Shown here one piece after another: positions 20,201 through 32,766 of a stretch of 64,000 bases of DNA; positions within the stretch are counted from its first letter, which is position 1; each line of letters begins with the position of its first letter. Both the position numbers and the translations under genes were made by a program. The DNA is from an uncultured Acidimicrobiia bacterium. GTDB taxonomy: Bacteria; Acidobacteriota; Terriglobia; Versatilivoradales; Versatilivoraceae. The stretch spans positions 192,001-256,000 of the forward strand of contig CAWBAT010000008.1 of the NCBI GenBank assembly GCA_963786955.1, given 5' to 3'. Below the pieces are notes generated by a model. The model was not told the DNA's origin and searched no databases. It saw only the letters and a program-made list of their open reading frames with translations.

Positions 20201-20911
20201 ATGGCATTATCGAATGTAACCGCTGAAATACGAACGACACGGGGCAAGAATGCGGCCCGACTGCTGAGGAGAATGGGGCTGGTTCCCGCTGTGCTGTATG
20301 GACAGCAAAAGGCTTCCATCGTCCTCTCGGTCAATCCCAAACAGATCTCTTCGGTTATCCACTCATCCCGAGGATACAACACCATTTTCACCGTCGATAT
20401 TAAAGACGGGGAGTCAGCCAGCGTGATGCTGAAAGACTGGCAGTTCGATCCCGTGAGCGGGAATCTGTTGCACGCCGACATGGTTCGCATTGCGATGGAC
20501 AAACTGCTTCAACTCCGAATTCCCGTAATCGCCACCGGTGAAGCCAAAGGGGTGAAGGTTCAAGGCGGTATCTTTGAGTTTGTGCTTCGCGAAGTCGAAG
20601 TCGAGTGTTTACCGGCAGACATTCCGGAATCCATCACGATTGATATTTCGAATCTCGAACTTGGCGCCAATGTGCGTGTTTCTGATTTGCCAGTGGATCC
20701 CAAATTCAAGATCTTATCGGATCCGGAATTAGTGGTTGCCCATGTGGTCTCGCCGAAGGAAGAGAAAGTTGAGGAAGTAGCAGTCGCTGAACGCCTGCTG
20801 AGCCTGAAGTCATCAAGAAGGGCAAGGTGGCGACTGAGGAGGAAGGCGAAGAGGGAAAGGAAAAGTCGGAGGAAAAAAAGAAGCCGGAGGAGAAGAAGAA
20901 GTAGTCGATGA
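20201..20911 (+). CDS. rplY: 50S ribosomal protein L25/Ctc (acidic tail frameshifted)
   Basis: GKNAAR.LR..G.VPAVLYG, Q.DPV....H.D, GVK.GG and CLP..IPE. Confidence 0.93.
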   Translation: MALSNVTAEIRTTRGKNAARLLRRMGLVPAVLYGQQKASIVLSVNPKQISSVIHSSRGYNTIFTVDIKDGESASVMLKDWQFDPVSGNLLHADMVRIAMDKLLQLRIPVIATGEAKGVKVQGGIFEFVLREVEVECLPADIPESITIDISNLELGANVRVSDLPVDPKFKILSDPELVVAHVVSPKEEKVEEVAVAERLLSLKSSRRARWRLRRKAKRERKSRRKKRSRRRRRSSR

Positions 20912-20940
20912 ACCCGGCACGAGGATACCGTTTGCCATAG

Positions 20941-21512
20941 ATGAATCGCAAGAAACTCGTCGTCGGGATTGGGGAATCCCGGCCCACGATATGCAAAGAC
21001 GCCGCATAATCTGGGATTCGAAGTGGTGGATTTGCTGGCTGCGGAATTAGGCGCAACACGGAAGTGGCAGGAGGCAGAACGAAGCCGGATTACCTTTTGT
21101 CCTCTCGAGGATTGGGAACTGCTTCTGGCGAAGCCGCAAACCTACATGAATCTGAGCGGTGAAGCCGTCGAGTCATTGTGCCGGGTATTTTCATTTGCGG
21201 TGTCTGACTTGATTGTCGTTTGTGATGATCTGGCATTGCCCGTGGGAAAGACTCCGGATTCGGAGTCAAGGCAGTGCCGGAGGTCATAACGGGTTGAAGT
21301 CAATCATTGAAGTTCTGGCTCGAGACGATTTTGCTCGAGTGCGGCTCGGCATTGCGCCGGATGTTGAAGTTTCCGAGGCCGCGGAGTACGTGTTAACTCC
21401 CATTCCCGATCGTTTCCGAGAAGATATGGATCTGCTCATCGTTCGGGGGAAGGAAGCAGTAAAAGCGATCTGCCTCGAGGGTATGATCGCCGCAATGAAC
21501 CAGTATAATTAA
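20941..21512 (+). CDS. pth: Peptidyl-tRNA hydrolase (frameshifted)
   Basis: GNPG..Y..T.HN.GF, KPQTYMNLSG, DDL.LP, GGHNGLKS and R.R.GI across frames. Confidence 0.92.
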
Positions 21513-21513
21513 A

Positions 21514-21567
21514 CCCGCTCGGTGCGCTGCCCCAAACGGCAGATGCAAGAGCTCGATAAGGAAAAGA
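21514..21567 (+). promoter_or_regulatory. Possible rpsF leader hairpin (S6:S18 autoregulatory-like)
   Basis: CCC then an interrupted stem GCTC-GG-TGCG-CTGCC/GGCAG-A-TGCA-A-GAGC directly before the rpsF RBS; match to the known motif not verified. Confidence 0.35.
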
Positions 21568-21984
21568 GTGATGAGACATTACGAAATCATGTTTATAGTC
21601 AATCCCGCCTCCACTGATGAGGAAGTCGACAAACTGATCTCCCAAATGGAAGGCGTCGTGACATCTTCTCAAGGGGAGATTGTTGGAGTGGAAAAGATGG
21701 GTAGGCGAAAGTTGGCTTACCGGATAGGCAAATTGGAAGAAGGGAATTATATTCTCTTCAAAATCAATGCCAGTGGCGAGTGTGTCAAAGAGTTTGAACG
21801 CCGTCTTCGTGTGTTCGATTTTGTGATACGCTACATTTCCGTCAGAGTTGACGAGGGGTTGAAACGGATGGAAAAAATCAAGGCTGTCCGTCTCAAGAAG
21901 ATTCGGAAAAAGACTGCAGGGGCGAGCCCTGAAGCCTGTAGCCCCAGCGATCTAAGAGTAAGAGAAACGCGGGTGGTGAAGTAA
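21568..21984 (+). CDS. rpsF: 30S ribosomal protein S6
   Basis: MRHYEIMFIV.P, G.RKLAY.I and EG.Y motifs. Confidence 0.95.
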   Translation: MMRHYEIMFIVNPASTDEEVDKLISQMEGVVTSSQGEIVGVEKMGRRKLAYRIGKLEEGNYILFKINASGECVKEFERRLRVFDFVIRYISVRVDEGLKRMEKIKAVRLKKIRKKTAGASPEACSPSDLRVRETRVVK

Positions 21985-22161
21985 TGTTACACTGTAAGCC
22001 ATCGTCGAGCCTTTTCCCCTTGCCTGTCTGCCGGCTAGCGGCTCCCCCTCTCCCGCGAGAGGGTCTGAGTGGGGAAATTGTCGCAACACTTTTTGCGTCT
22101 CAGTAAAACAGCACACATTGAGTTAAGACACATCCCGTAAAAACATTGAGGAGTCTTTTCT

Positions 22162-22428
22162 ATGGCATTTGTCAGACGGACGACGAGCACGCCAGGCACT
22201 CACCCGAAACGCCAATTTATCAGACGGAAAAAGGTCTGTAAGTTTTGCGTGGAAAAGATTGATTATATTGATTACAAAGACACGAGACTTCTGACTCAAT
22301 TCATCCCGGAGCGTGGGAAAATCTTGCCCCGGAGAATTTCAGGAGTTTGTTCACCTCATCAGCGGAAATTGATGGAAGCACTTAAGCGGGCGAGAAACAT
22401 TGCCTTGATCCCGTTCGTGTCGGAGTGA
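22162..22428 (+). CDS. rpsR: 30S ribosomal protein S18 (Zn-binding form)
   Basis: [25 protein letters not shown] and HQR....KRAR. Confidence 0.97.
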   Translation: MAFVRRTTSTPGTHPKRQFIRRKKVCKFCVEKIDYIDYKDTRLLTQFIPERGKILPRRISGVCSPHQRKLMEALKRARNIALIPFVSE

Positions 22429-22486
22429 TGATCTCCCCCGATCCTCTGATTTTGGCCATTTGAATTCACCAGGAGCATATTCAGAA

Positions 22487-22934
22487 ATGGAAATCATTCT
22501 TAGAGAAAAAGTCGAAAAACTCGGAGGTAAAGGCGACATTATCAAGGTGAGCGACGGTTATGCCCGAAACTATCTCCTCCCCAAAAGTTTGGCGGTGGTA
22601 GCAAATCCTGCCAACATCCGCTTAATTGAGCAGGAAAAGGCTATAGCCGTCCGACGGGAAGCCAAAGAAAAGCAGGAAGCTGAGTTGCTCGCTCAACAAC
22701 TGGCTAAGCTTGTCCTCCAGGTGAGCCGCAAAGTCGGCGAGCATGATGTCCTGTATGGTTCGGTGACATCGATGGACATTGCCGAGCTTCTCGTCTGCGA
22801 AAGGTTTTAACATCGATCGAAAGAAAATGGATCTCCATGAACCGCTCAAATCCATTGGCCAATTCGATGTCCCCATCAAACTCCACCGTGAAGTAACAGC
22901 ATTCATTAAAGTGGAGGTTCTTAAAGAAGACTAG
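22487..22934 (+). CDS. rplI: 50S ribosomal protein L9 (frameshifted near 22795)
   Basis: MEIIL, LG..GD..KV.DGYARNYL.P and LYGSVT; C-terminus PLKSIGQFDVPIKLHREV in another frame. Confidence 0.93.
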
Positions 22935-23047
22935 CCCTTGAGGGCTGTTCTTCGAAGTTTGCAGATGCTTGCAGTGTGGCTCTGCTGAAGTTTAGTTTCA
23001 TTCCGCTAACGATCCCATCAACTGGTCTCTTCACGACAACGAAGCGT

Positions 23048-24397
23048 ATGCCCGCCGACCTCACGTTAGACCGAGGTTTACCACAAAGTATCGAAGCTGA
23101 GCGCAGTATTCTGGGCGCCATGCTTCTTGAGAATTCTCTCTTGAATCAGGCGGTAGAATTACTGAAATCTGACGACTTTTACCTGGCCAACCATCGGTTG
23201 ATTTTCGAACAGATGTTAGGCCTTTCAGAAAAATCCAGAGCCATCGATCTCCTCACTTTAACCGAAGAACTCGAGAATGCCGGGCACTTGGAGACCGTCG
23301 GTGGCCGCTCTTTTGTCTCGTCCTTAATTGATGGGGTACCGAAGCTTTCGAACCTCGAATATTACGCTCGAATTGTCCGTGAAAAAGCTACTCTGCGGCG
23401 ACTGATCAAGCGGGGTCATGAAATTATTAACTCCTGCTACGACCAGCAGGACGATGTCGACCAGATCCTGGATACGGCTGAAAAGGCAATCTTTGATTTA
23501 GCTGAAGAGAAGATTCGTACCGGGTTCCAGCCCATCAGCGAGATTGCCAAACAAGCTCTGCAGAAAATTGAAATTGCCTCAAAACGCAAGTCAATGGTGA
23601 CCGGAGTCCCCACCGGTTATACGAAGTTCGACGAGTTGACTTCGGGTTTGCAGCAGGCGGATCTCGTGATTATTGCGGCCAGACCCTCTATGGGGAAGAC
23701 AGCATTCAGTTTGAATATCGCCACTTATGCCGCAATCGTGGATAAGCTGAAGGTCGGGGTCTTCAGTCTGGAGATGTCCAGTGAGCAATTGCTGCTGCGT
23801 ATCCTCTGTTCAGAAGCCCATATTGATTCCCAAAAACTCAGAACCGGAAAATACCTGAGCAAAGAAGAATGGACTAAGATTACCCGGACCTTGGGAGAAC
23901 TTTCCAAAGCCAAGTTATTTATTGATGATACGGCGGGAATCAGCCTCCTCGAGACGAGGGCCAAAGCGAGACGTTTGAAAGCCGAGCATGGATCTGGATC
24001 TCCTGATTGTGGATTACATGCAGTTGATGTCGGGGGGAAGAGAGCGTTACGAAAACCGGCAGCAAGAAATTTCTACTATTTCCCGGGGGTTGAAGGGTCT
24101 GGCGAAAGAAATGAATATTCCCGTGGTGGCACTCTCCCAACTCAGCCGTGCTCCGGAACAAAGAACCGGAGATCATCGTCCCCAACTCTCTGATTTGCGC
24201 GAATCCGGCTCAATTGAGCAGGACGCCGATGTGGTCCTCTTTATTTTTCGCGAGGAAAAATACAAGCCTACCGAAGAAAATCGGGGAATTGCGGAAATTA
24301 TTATCGGAAACAGCGGAACGGCCCAACCGGCATGATCAAGCTTGCCTTTATAGACAGCTTCACTCGATTTGAAAATCTATACCGCGAAACGGAATAA
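23048..24397 (+). CDS. dnaB: Replicative DNA helicase (frameshifted near 23990 and 24310)
   Basis: PQSIEAE..ILG, Walker [27 protein letters not shown] and [13 protein letters not shown]. Confidence 0.96.
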
Positions 24398-25574
24398 ATG
24401 ATTTCCCATGAATCTTTGAGAGGTCTCCGTCCAACCTGGGTTGAAGTCGACTTAAAGATCCTGGAATCGAACTATCGAGTCATTCGCGGTTTCCTGCCTC
24501 GTGAAGTTAGAATCATCGCCGTCATCAAGGCCCACGGATATGGCCATGGTGTGATCCCTGTTGCACAAGTCCTGGAGAAAGCCGGGGTGGATGCTTTTGC
24601 GGTCGCTATTCTGGAGGAAGCACTCGTCCTGAGGAATGTAGGGATTCACTCTCCTATCATTCTCCTGAACGGCTTTTGGGAAGGTCAGGAGGAGGAGATC
24701 ATTCAGCACCAACTCATTCCCACTATCTACAGCCAAGAGATGCTCTTAAGGCTGGAAAGAATCGCTTCTGATCTGGGAAAAATCTGCCCGTTTCACTTGA
24801 AAGTCGATACAGGCATGTCGCGGCTCGGAATCGACAGGGAAGAGGGAGTTCGGTTTCTCGAACAGTGTTCCCAATGTCGTTGGGTTCACTGTGACGGGAT
24901 CTACACGCATTTCAGTTGTGCTGAAGATATCCAGAGCCCCTCAACTCTGAGGCAATTGAGTCACTTCAAGAATCTCTTGGAACAGTTGGGAGAGACGCCA
25001 TGGGTCTTGGTGTCACGCCGCCAACAGCGCTGCCATGATCAATTTCCGCGAGAGCTGGTTCAATGCAGTGCGGCCGGGACTGATTCTTTACGGGATCAAT
25101 CCCATAGGAAGTCAGAATCGTCAAGGCGTTCCGAATTCACGGGAAGAGAGCTGGGAAGGCGTGCTGGCAAGCCTGAGGCCGGTACTGAGCTTTAAAACCC
25201 GCGTAGCGCAACTCAAAACCTTAAGAAAAGGGAAAGCCATTGGTTATGGCGACAGTCATATCGCGCCTAAGGATAGCCTAATTGCCACATTGCCTGTGGG
25301 TTATGCCGACGGATTCATGCGCAGCCTCTCCAACCAAGGCGCGGTATTGGTTCGAGGGCAGCGAGCACCTATCGTCGGCAGGATCAGTATGGATCTTTCG
25401 ACCATCGATGTGACCGACGTGACGGGGGTTGAAATTGGCGATGAAGTCGTTCTGATCGGTCAGCAGTGTGGGGAAGAGATGGGGGTCAGTGAGATGGCGG
25501 CTTTGGCGGGGACAATTCCCTATGAGATCCTTTGCCGAATTGGCGGACGCGTGACACGCGTCTATCGGAGTTAG
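24398..25574 (+). CDS. alr: Alanine racemase (frameshifted near 25000)
   Basis: AVIKAHGYGHG (PLP lysine), HLKVDTGMSRLG, VRPG..LYG, PVGYADG, GRISMD and TIPYE. Confidence 0.95.
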
Positions 25575-25864
25575 GAATTCCGCACCGCCTGGTTTTGCCA
25601 AATTAGCCCGAATTCTGAAGTTGGATTTGCCTTGTCTGGTAGAACGCGCGCGGGGGGGACAGCGGTCCCACGCGCCTGCTCCACCTAGTGATGGTCACGC
25701 AACTTCGGAATTCGGGATTAGTAGAATTGCCCTGAACAAGTGTTCTCCCTTGACAATGGGGGGACTTAGGGGGGCCGTGCCGGATTTGCACCATTATTGA
25801 TTGAGTTTGTGTCATTGCTGGCACCCGGGATCTATCTCGAGTTGGCCAGAACAAATGAAGTCTA

Positions 25865-27232
25865 ATGTCTAAACCAAAATCTTCCTTCGTTTGCCAGAAC
25901 TGCGGATATGTTGTTAGCAAGTGGATGGGTAGGTGTCCGGACTGTGGCGAATGGAATTCGATTATCGAGGATTTCTATTCAGGCTCGGTCAAAAGCGGAC
26001 AGCCCGGTTAGGCCTCTCGGAAATCTCGCGCCCCGTCCGCTTCCTCGAAGTATCTGCCGAGGAGCATCAGCGATTCTCGACCGGGATTCTCGAATTTGAC
26101 CGCGTGCTTGGTGGCGGGGTTGTCCCAGGCTCACTCATTCTCATCGGCGGCGACCCGGGTATTGGCAAATCGACGCTTCTCTTACAGGCTGCGAGTACCA
26201 TGCGAGCTCGGAGGAAAAAGTCTCCTTTACGTATCCGGGGAAGAATCGGAAACCCAAATCAAAATGCGCGGAGAACGGCTGGGGTTGCATCCGGAGCACT
26301 TGTTCCTGATGACGGAGACTTGCCTCGAGCGGATCATGGAGGGTGTAGAGTCCGTTTCTCCCGGTGTGATCATTCTGGATTCCATTCAAACGGCTTATTC
26401 CGAAAAACTAAGTTCTTCTCCCGGGTCAATCAGTCAAGTTCGAGAAGTAGCGACTCAGTTCCTCTTTCTGAGCAAAAAGCGATCGATTCCCACCTTCTTG
26501 ATCGGCCATATCACAAAGGACGGTTCATTGGCTGGCCCGAAGTCGCTTGAACACATTGTTGACACAGTGTTATACTTCGAAGGCGAAAAGTATCATAGCC
26601 ATCGCATCATACGATCCATAAAAAATCGTTTCGGGGCAGCCAACGAATTGGGTGTGTTTGAAATGACGAGCGATGGACTTTTACCCGTCGATAATCCTTC
26701 AAAACATTTCCTTGCCGAGCGTCCACTAGGGGCGTCCGGGTCGGTTGTGATCGGTTGCATCGAAGGGACGAGGCCTATTCTCGTTGAATTACAAGCGCTG
26801 GTGAGTGATACCAGTTATCCGAGCGCACGGCGTATGGCAGCCGGGGTGGACCCCAACCGGATTTCACTCTTATTGGCCATGCTTGAGAAGCGGCTGGGCT
26901 TCCACCTCGCCACAAGCGATGTTTACGTCAATGTTGCTGGCGGATTGAATGTCAACGAACCCGCTGCAGACCTCGGGATTGTGGCAGCTATTGTGTCCAG
27001 TTATCGGAACCTTGTCGTCGATCCGGAAACCGTTATCTTTGGTGAAGTCGGTTTGACTGGGGAAGTGCGGTCAACAGGTCAGGCGAATCTGAGAATTCGA
27101 GAGGCCGCTTCACTGGGATTCAAACGTTGTCTCATCCCTCATAACAGGGCAAGCAAGAGTGAATTTAAGGAAGACGTCGAGCTGGTTCCAGTGCGATCCG
27201 TTCAAGAAGCGCTGGAAGTTCTATTTCGCTGA
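25865..27232 (+). CDS. radA: DNA repair protein RadA/Sms (frameshifted)
   Basis: N-terminal CQNCG..KW.G.CP.C..W ribbon, GGDPGIGKSTLL, KNRFG signature and FGEVGL.GE.R. Confidence 0.95.
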
Positions 27233-27242
27233 GGAAGAGTCA

Positions 27243-28375
27243 ATGGCGAAACTAATTAATTTACTGCAGAAATTCCTCGGTCTAATTTTAGGACCCTATT
27301 TATTCAATAATACCTTCATAAGACTCACTTTCAGAAAGGAGGGAATCATCTTGCTGGATATCATTATTGTTCGGACTATTTTTGCAGTGATCATGGTGGT
27401 AACGGCCTATTATTTCCGCCCCTTTGGGTTAGACCCTCTCTTGTCAGCAATTTACGGGAGTTTGGCCGCGCTCGCAGTTATCCTGTTTGAGGCCCGTCTG
27501 CGGAAGGCCTCCCTGAAGCGTTTGATTGGCGCAGCCGTTGGATCCACTCTTGGAATCATGGGAGCTACCATGACTGCTGGAATGCTGGCTAAGACTTCAA
27601 TCGAACCTCATACTCTTTCGTTTCTTGTGATCGGACTTTTTCTATTCATGGGCTATGTGGGATTGGTCTCAGGGGCGAATAAGGGCGATTTGCTCAATCT
27701 CTCGGCTTTAGGGGGATTGTTCGGGGGAGATCGCCCAGGGCAAAAAGGCCAATAAAATTTTAGACACCAGCGTCATCATCGACGGCCGAATTGCCGATGT
27801 TTGCGAAACCGGATTTGTCGATGGCATCTTAATCGTATCCCTCAATTTGTCTTAAGAGAATTACAGCAGGTGGCAGATTCCGCGGACTCCATGAAACGCG
27901 CCCGTGGGACGGCGCGGATTGGACATCCTGCAGCGAATTCAAAAAATGTCCGGGATCAGCGTTCAGATTGTTGAGAGCGGATTTTCCCAATATTCGCGAA
28001 GTGGATCTGAAATTGATCGAACTGGCCAAGCAGATGGATGCCAAGATTATTACGAATGATTTCAATCTCAATAAAGTGGCACAGCTTCAGGGCGTCGAAG
28101 TATTGAATATCAATGAGCTGGCTAATTCGCTGAAGCCGGTCGTGCTGCCGGGCGAAATCATGAAGGTGTTCATTCTCAAGGAGGGGAAAGAATACAATCA
28201 AGGCGTGGCTTATCTGGATGACGGGACGATGGTGGTTGTCGACAACGCTCGGAAAATGATCGGTAAAACGATTGATACCGCTGTGACGAGCGTTCTTCAA
28301 ACTACAGCCGGGAAGATGATCTTCGGTCGCTATGAGGAAAAGCCCCATAATAAAGCGGAAGCCGTAAATCAATGA
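27243..28375 (+). CDS. PIN/TRAM domain membrane protein (YacL-like; frameshifted)
   Basis: N-terminal TM helices, [22 protein letters not shown] and [14 protein letters not shown]; conserved radA-PIN/TRAM-ispD order. Confidence 0.88.
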
Positions 28376-29158
28376 AAGTTGTCGCAATTATTCCCGCCGC
28401 TGGGACCGGCACACGCATGCGGGCTAGCAGCCCCAAGCAGTTCCTCTCTTTGGCGGGCCATCCGATCATCGTTCACACGCTCAAGAAGTTTGCGTCCTGC
28501 AGTTTGATTCAGCAGGTGATTGTTCCGATCCGAAAACCCGATTTACCGCAATTCCAAGAGGTTGTGGAGAAAGGAGGGGTTGTCACGATGGGTGAAGCTT
28601 GTTCCAGGAGGCATTCACCGTCAGGATTCGGTTTACGCAGGGCTTAAGGCAGTCGAAGAGGATACAGACATTGTGGTCGTTCACGATGCCGTCCGTCCCT
28701 TTGTCGAAATTTCGCTCATCGAGGCGGTCATTAAGGAAGCCGAGACCAATGGCAGCGCGATTTTAGCCTTCCCTTGCTCCGATACTGTCAAGCAAATTGA
28801 GAAGAACCTTGTTGAGACGACACTGCCGCGGGATAAAATAGTTCTCGTGCAAACTCCCCAGGCTTTCCGTTACAACATTTTGAAAGAGGGATTTGAAAAG
28901 GCAACAGCAGAAAACTTTTATGCCACAGACGAGTCCTGCCTGATCGAGCGATTGGGATATCCCGTCTCTGTCATTCGTGGCAGTGACATGAATATCAAGA
29001 TTACGAAACCTTCCGACCTGCCCTTGGCTGAACTGTACATCAAGATCCAGGGAACAGCACCAGAACAGCTTGATTCCGATAAGCGGAGTATGGCCATCCA
29101 TCCATGCCTGTTCGTTGTCCGTCAGGTGAAGCGGGCGCTCCGCGCACGCTCGGGATGA
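28372..29158 (+). CDS. ispD: 2-C-methyl-D-erythritol 4-phosphate cytidylyltransferase (frameshifted near 28570)
   Basis: AIIPAAG.G.RM...[24 protein letters not shown] and NIKIT. Confidence 0.93.
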
Positions 29159-29528
29159 GGTCCCACAAGTGTTGATGAGTGAACGCGCGACGGAGCGCTC
29201 GTCCCACCCCAGATCGGCTTAAGCCCGCGGGAGTGGGTAAGACTATCGCTGGGAGGGGAGCCTCTTCCCGCTTTCCAGTATGCAGATCCGCCCCTGACTC
29301 CTCCGACGGAGGGGAATAACTTAGTCCTTTCTCGGGAGGGGAAGGAAGGCCACTTTGAAATTCCCCTCACGCAAGGGATAATTAAGAAAAATCTCCTTTT
29401 GAAGGAGAGAACCGCAGACTGCGGGGGATGTCCAGGTCGCAGCAATCCAAACTCCAAATACCCATTGAGTTGCCCCTTCCTTTAGGTTTAAATACACCGT
29501 TTGTTTATTCCCATGAGAGGAGAAGGGG

Positions 29529-30400
29529 ATGAGACTTCTTGCATTTGCGGAGAATGGCCGCCGGTCAATTGGCGCGGAACTGGATTCGGAGCGCTTAGTG
29601 GATTTCCATCGGGCTCAGGGTGCCATGCCTACGGGATGCGAGCGTTTCTAGAGCTGGGCGATGAGGGGTTGGAAGAAGCCAGGGCAATCATGAAGGCGCC
29701 ACCTCGAGAAGCGGTGATATTGAAATGCGACATTCGAGTTTTTTCTCCTTTGTGCTCAGCGGAACGCCCGAAGATTTTTTGTATTGGGGTGAATTATGCC
29801 GACCACGCAGCCGAAACAGGGTCCAAGCTTCCTGAAGAACCCATCGTGTTTGCTAAATTTCCAACCAGTCTCATCAGCCCTTTAGACAATATTGTCATTC
29901 CTCCAAATTCGACCATGCTTGACTATGAGGCAGAACTGGTGGTTGTGATCGGCAAGCGTGCCCGGCGTGTTCGGCAAGCGGAGGCTTACGATCATGTTTT
30001 TGGTTATACTTGCGGTAACGACGTCAGTGAGCGCCAGTTTCAGCGGTCCGACCGGCAGTGGCTGAGAGCGAAGTCCAGCGATACATTTGCACCGACAGGT
30101 CCCGTCATCGTGACAAAAGATGAAATACCAGATCCGCACGAATTGACACTGGGGAGTAAGGTCAATGGCGAGGTCCGTCAAAATTCCTCTGCTGGCCTGA
30201 TGATCTTTAAAATTCCCAAGCTAGTGGAATTTATTTCGCACTATCTGACATTGGAACCCGGTGACATGATCTTTACCGGCACGCCTCCCGGAGTGGGATT
30301 AGGATTTAAGCCTCCACGTTTATTGAGTGCCGGTGACCAAGTGGAGATATGGATCGAAAAAATTGGAAGTATTGTTAATACGGTAGTGCCTGTGGACTAA
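29529..30400 (+). CDS. Fumarylacetoacetate hydrolase family protein (5' end frameshifted)
   Basis: KIFCIG.NY..H, DYEAEL.VVIG, NDVS.R, AKS.DTF.P.GP and TGTP.GVG. Confidence 0.9.
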
Positions 30401-30437
30401 AGAGGGGGGCCCGACGAGCGACCGGGGGCGGACAGAA

Positions 30438-31637
30438 TCATTTTGATTCTAATAGCCGCTTCGTTTCACGGGCTACGACCAGTTCTTCATTGGCGAGCAC
30501 CACCAGGACCTTGACTGGAGAGTCATCCCGGGAAATGATACCGTCCTGACCACGAAGCTTATTTTGTGAGAGGTCCAGCTGCACTCCCAGACATTCTAGT
30601 CCGCTACAAATTCCTTCTCGGACATTGCAGCTGTTTTCACCGATCCCCCCGGTAAAGGCCAAGACATCCAACCCTCCCAATACGGCCGTATAGGCGCCGA
30701 TGTATTTCTTGGATCTCGTACGCGAGGACTTTGAGCGCCAAATCAGCCCGGGCATTCCCCGCGGCTGCGGCTTCTTCAAGGTCGCGAACGTCTCCGCTCA
30801 AGCCTGAGATCCCTTTTAGCCGCCATTCTTGGAGAGAGCCGCGCGGATCTCGCTCGACTGATAGCCCTTCCTTCTCCATCATATAAAGCAAGATGAAGGG
30901 ATCCAGGTCACCATTTCGGGTCGCATTGGAAAGTCCGGATTGTGGCGAAAATCCCATACTCGTGTCGATGGAGATGCCGCCTTTGATAGCACAAATACTC
31001 GAACTTCCGCCAAGATGGCAAGAGATGATTCTGAGGTCTTCCGCAGGGCGAGCTACCATCTCCGGAACCCGCCACGAGATATATCGATGCGAAGCCCCAT
31101 GAAATCCATAGCGGCGAATCGCATGCTTTTCCGACCACTCATGCGGGATGCCGTAGGTCCGTCGCATAATCCGGAATGGTTCGATGAAATGCCGGCTCGA
31201 ATACACCGACGAGTATTTTATTCGGGAAGAAGTTCCTGAAAAATTCGGAAAGCTTCAATATAAGGAGGGTTGTGTGCCGGAGCCAGCGGAATGTACTCTT
31301 CCATGGCCCGAATGACTTCATCGGTCACAATCACCGATTCAGCGATATTCTTGGCATGAACCGGCTTGAAACCGACTGCGTCCAGTTGATCTAGAGCGGA
31401 CAAGACTCCATCGGAAGGATGGGTGAGAATTTTCAACACATGCTGGATGGCGACCCGTTGGCTCGGGCATTCGATTTCTTCTTTTCTTCGGGGCCGGCTT
31501 CCCAATTGATAGGACATCGGTGATTTAGCGCTGCCAACACGTTCCACCTTACCTGCCGCCATGACGGATTCGTCCTTCATGTCGAATAAGCGAAATTTCA
31601 AGGAGGTTGAGCCGACATTAACCACTAAGATCTTCAT
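30438..31637 (-). CDS. ackA: Acetate/propionate kinase (frameshifted)
   Basis: MKILV.N.GSTSLKF, LAP.HN, IRRYGFHG.SH, CHLG..SS, TSMGF.P, FTGGIGEN and NEE across three ORFs. Confidence 0.9.
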
Positions 31638-31722
31638 ATGGTTTTTTCTCCACCTCGCTTCGGCGTCTCATTTTCAACCGTCTCCCATGAAAGAAAGAAG
31701 AGCTCTTCGGGACGAGTACAAA

Positions 31723-31780
31723 GTGGCCGGGGTCAACGACCCCTGGCTACAACCAAGACGGGGGTCACGTCCCCGGCTAC
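31723..31780 (-). repeat. GTAG-type REP-like hairpins
   Basis: Minus strand reads GTAGCCGGGGACGTGACCCCCG and GTAGCCAGGGGTCGTTGACCCCGGC. Confidence 0.6.
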
Positions 31781-31850
31781 GGCAATGATCGCGAATTTGT
31801 GCAGCTTTGGGCCTGGATTACGCCTCATCGGGGAATAAGCCGGCCCACAG

Positions 31851-32762
31851 TCATCCCGCACTCTGAACCAGTAAGATGCCGATGGCGATGGAACGGAGCT
31901 TGGTTTCCGGGGTTTCGGCGCGTGAGAGCAGGATGAGTGGAACCTTCGCACCGACAACCACTCCTCCGGATTCCCCCTTGGCAAAATAGAGAATGGAGCG
32001 GTAAAGAATATTGGCAGCTTCAATGTCTGGGGCCAAAAAGATGTCAGTGCTTTCAACCAGCGGGACTATCAATGGACTTTCCTGTCGGCAGCGAAGCGGC
32101 TCAAAGGTACATCCAGAGCGATGGGGCCTTCGACGTACCCCCCAGTCAACTGCCCACGCCGGTTCATCAGGGTGAGGCCAGCAGCGTCCAGGGTTGCCGG
32201 CATTTCCGAGTTGACGAATTCTAACGCACAGAGTGCTGCTACATTCGGTTTCACAATCCCAATGGCATGCGCGACTTCGATAGCGTTTCGACAGAGATCT
32301 GCTTTCTGTTCCAGGTTAGGGGCAATATTAATCGCCGCGTCCGTCAGAATCATCAGTCGGTCATAAGCCAGGGACTTGGAACACGATGACCTGACTGAGC
32401 AGCCGGCCGGCCCTTAGGCCGAACTCCTTGTCCAAAACTGCTCGAATTAGAGCCGCCGTGCTGATTTTCCCTTTCATCAAGAGATGGGCCTTCCCTTCAC
32501 GAATGAGGGCAATGGCTTTTCGCGCGGCGGCGGATTCATCCAATTCATGGATGATCTGCTCCTCCGGGAGGGGGAATCCCAGCTTCCCGGCAAAAGCGCG
32601 GATCTTCTCGGAGTTTCCGATAAAGATCCCTTCGGCAAGCTTCATTTCCTTTGCTTGCTTCATGGCTTCAATGACGTCAGGATCGTGGCCGGCAGCTACC
32701 GCGACCTTTATCGGGCCTAGCGAAGAGGCAGCCCGAACTAGTTCATCCAGCTGTCTGTACAT
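31851..32762 (-). CDS. Phosphate acyltransferase (phosphate butyryltransferase-like; frameshifted)
   Basis: LMKG...T, TDAAINIAP, EGP.ALD, P.IEA.NI..R and VP..L.SRA across three ORFs. Confidence 0.85.
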
Positions 32763-32766
32763 ATTC

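Noticed and set aside
21985-22161. Missing ssb between rpsF and rpsR, and no ispF after ispD
   Set aside because: Both gene orders vary between lineages; the gaps hold only repeat DNA with no visible gene remnants.
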